A stretch of DNA of 64,000 nucleotides, taken from positions 7,130,001-7,194,000 of the forward strand of contig CAIIXF020000001.1 in assembly GCA_903813345.2 (NCBI GenBank), written 5' to 3'. Source of the DNA: Owenia fusiformis (lineage: Eukaryota). Made by a program: the position numbers and the translations under genes. Shown one piece after another: positions 61,403 through 64,000 of this stretch (position 1 is its first letter; every line of letters begins with the position of its first letter). A model generated the notes under the pieces. That model was not told the origin of the DNA. It searched no databases and was given only the letters and a program-made list of their open reading frames with translations.

Positions 61403-63330
61403 TAATGTTAGCAGCGCTGGAGTGGAACTATGGCAGACAGTTCTCAATAGGAAGATGGATGGAGTGTCAACACTGATTAACGTTTAATAAAACTTTCAAT
61501 GAAATCACTGAGATCAGTTCTCTTACGCCTCTATTGGGCATGGTTCAAATAAAGTTGAATTACACCTTGGTTTTCATTCAAGTGAAACTGCGACACAAAA
61601 CAAGATTGATTCATTCATGAAGCGAGATTGATATGCCTTGTCTGGAATTATCCTACCCAATTGCTTTGTAATTCAACTTTTACCCCTTCAGCCTTGACAG
61701 CGAGGTGTGGCGCCCCGTGAAGAACATTATCATATGAACCTCCTCAGTCTCCCATGAACTTATTGAACATTACCATTATTAGAATTTTTGCCAATTTTGA
61801 TTTTAATTTTTTTCTCTAAAAATTCATGGTTGAATAGGGCTTAAAGTCATCATAACTTCTACAATGTGATTGTATTTTCATCATTAGATAGCAAAATCCA
61901 AAAAGTCTGACTTACGTTAATTTTGTTAAATTATGAAAGTAATTAAGATCTAGATCAAAATGCAATTGCCCATAGTCATAACTGAGTGATTTAACCTAAT
62001 TATATCATTCATTCTGAAATCAATTTTATTCATCATTTAAATCATACTACAATGATTGTAATCAATTTTAGAAAAATTAATATTCATAACATGTTTTATC
62101 ATTCTAGTACATGCATGTAGATAAGATAAGAGACAATGGGAAATGAATTATTATTATATCATATTGACTCTAAGCAGGTATCATCTGTCATTTAATTTGT
62201 GTAATAATTACCAGCACATGTAGTTTATGTAATTATTAGGCCTAGCGAGTCAGTCCTATGTAACATACAGTCACACCCTAGTGCAGTCTGCTATAACGTC
62301 ATATTCTCTATTAAATCGCAAAATCATGATATCATAATGTCTGGTATGCATTTTTGATTATGAAGATGACTAGTACTTTGGTAATCAGAGGTGGCTAGTT
62401 GGCATCACGATTTTTGTTGAAACTAGTAAATGCGTCATGCAGTTTTATTTCTACGGTTGTTATTTTCTGAATCACTGTCTTTGTAGATTCAACTATACAT
62501 GAACTTCAAGAGATACACATGTTTAAATAGATTTGTAATTACCAATACTTTACAGTATACGCATGATTATATATTGAACGATTTGAAATGAATACGCCTT
62601 TTGAGTTTTAGATCATAGCATAAAGAGGCTTATCAAGTTCTTTTGCATTCAGACGTAACATCAGGTAGAAAGTGAATTTTTTAGTTTTAATTTGATTGAA
62701 GTATGTAATTAAACACTGCCATTTATTGTGTGTGTAAAATTGGTTCATTGCTTTCAGAGGCCAGATGGCTTTTTTAGGATTGAACAATGCTATTGATATG
62801 GTAGGATGGTTGGCGGTCCACTGAACAGGCAGATGTGCTTTGTGATCACGGGGACTTTAATTGAATTAATCAGACCATTGTTTCTTCAACATTTCACACC
62901 TGGGTCCTATCTCATAGGCCTTAATGATGCTGGCTCTTATGAAAGGTTAATGTTATCAAGCTGCCTCAGCCCCATGGCCCACTGGAGTTGCCACACTTAA
63001 ATCTAATAAGAACCAGTACTCAAAGAGAAGGTGGATAAATGTCAATAGAGATCAGTGAGGGTACATGCAATTACAAATTCATTACAATCGCTCAGTTTAT
63101 TAATGTCTGGCTTTCTGTTCCATTTGCAGTTGACTGAAGTCCATCCAACTAGAAACACTCTGCACACGTGAGCAATAGACGCAGACAGAGAGTCCACCGC
63201 AACAATATATATCGCGCTACAGTGATAAATGATAGCCCGGGGAGGAAGGCAACATTTGACAAACTCTCATCTCAACATTTGTCATTAGACACATCATTGT
63301 GACACTAAACCTTAATGTGCTCCGGTGGCG

Positions 63331-63808
63331 ATGGCTGATACTCAGATAAAGACAGAGGCTTCATTGGAGGTGATCAACTTGACCAAGAACAATAGTGGCA
63401 TGGATTTAAGCAAGACATCGAATATCACATCTAAGTCCTTAAGTCCATCACATATACAAATGCTTCAACAGCAAGCAAATCCGACAATTTTGTCAATCCC
63501 TGCGCCATTCCAGCAGGCAGCCTACCAGTATACATTCCTCAATCAGGGGGGACTAGCGGGAGTTATGACCCCTGTGAACCTTAATACTACTGCCAAGAAG
63601 GGGAGCGAGGCCCCACAGGTCTTGGACCTCTCGAAGGGGTCCTCAAGTAATCAGAGTTCTGACAGTGAGATTCCATATGATGCAAGGTCCAGATCAAAGC
63701 TGAAAGGACTGGACCCTACCTTTTTAGATAATCAGGCCATGACGCAAGATCTCCTTAATTCTCTTACCCCAGAGGATGCCGAAAATTTGAAGAAACCCCG
63801 TCATGCTG
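63331..63808 (+). CDS. First coding exon of an unidentified, probably nuclear transcriptional regulator (continues beyond the window)
   Basis: Exon 63130-63808 (TTTGCAG acceptor, G|GTAAGT donor) with ATG in good context (GCGATGG). The 159 codons include IKTE, GMDLS, VLDLS, VINLT and PVNLN motifs and a basic KKPR. Confidence 0.75.
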
Positions 63809-64000
63809 GTAAGTAGAGCTAGTTTAACAAACTAATTAAAATTTTTGAATTTAGAATTTTAGAATAAATTCAGAAATATATTATAATACTTTTTCCTTAT
63901 AGATTACAAATTTAATTACGGTCTTTGTTGAACTCAGTTTGTAAATTTAAATTGAACGCCAGACAGCTATAATATTTCAGGTACAACCCAAAATGTATTT

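Overview
AT-rich, repeat-dense eukaryotic DNA with spliceosomal introns. The gene and TE content suggests an invertebrate animal, but the species cannot be determined. Left to right: (1) the last four coding exons of a PhyH/phytanoyl-CoA dioxygenase-family gene (+, 958-2353). (2) A disrupted receptor gene (-, 10346-5280). It reconstructs as signal peptide + LRR ectodomain + TM + Tyr-rich linker + ZU5-UPA-death domain, and carries five lesions including two exonic MITE insertions. (3) A complete six-exon MAD2L2/REV7 gene (-, 22563-17072) whose exon-4 3' end and splice donor have been amplified into a minisatellite. (4) A 10.5-kb gag-only Ty3/gypsy-type LTR element (-, 23723-34247). It has two apparently identical 2,760-bp LTRs, a tRNA-Leu PBS, a PPT and an intact ~1,050-aa Gag, but no intact pol and no TSD. 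Its flanks retain what look like unprocessed cDNA ends. (5) The 5' part of a + strand gene with long 5'UTR introns, whose first coding exon (63331-63808) is rich in CtBP-type motifs. Many MITEs, a HINE/Helentron-like element, a SINE-like element, a LINE 3' fragment and minisatellites fill the rest. All calls come from reading and translating the sequence by eye; no database search was run.
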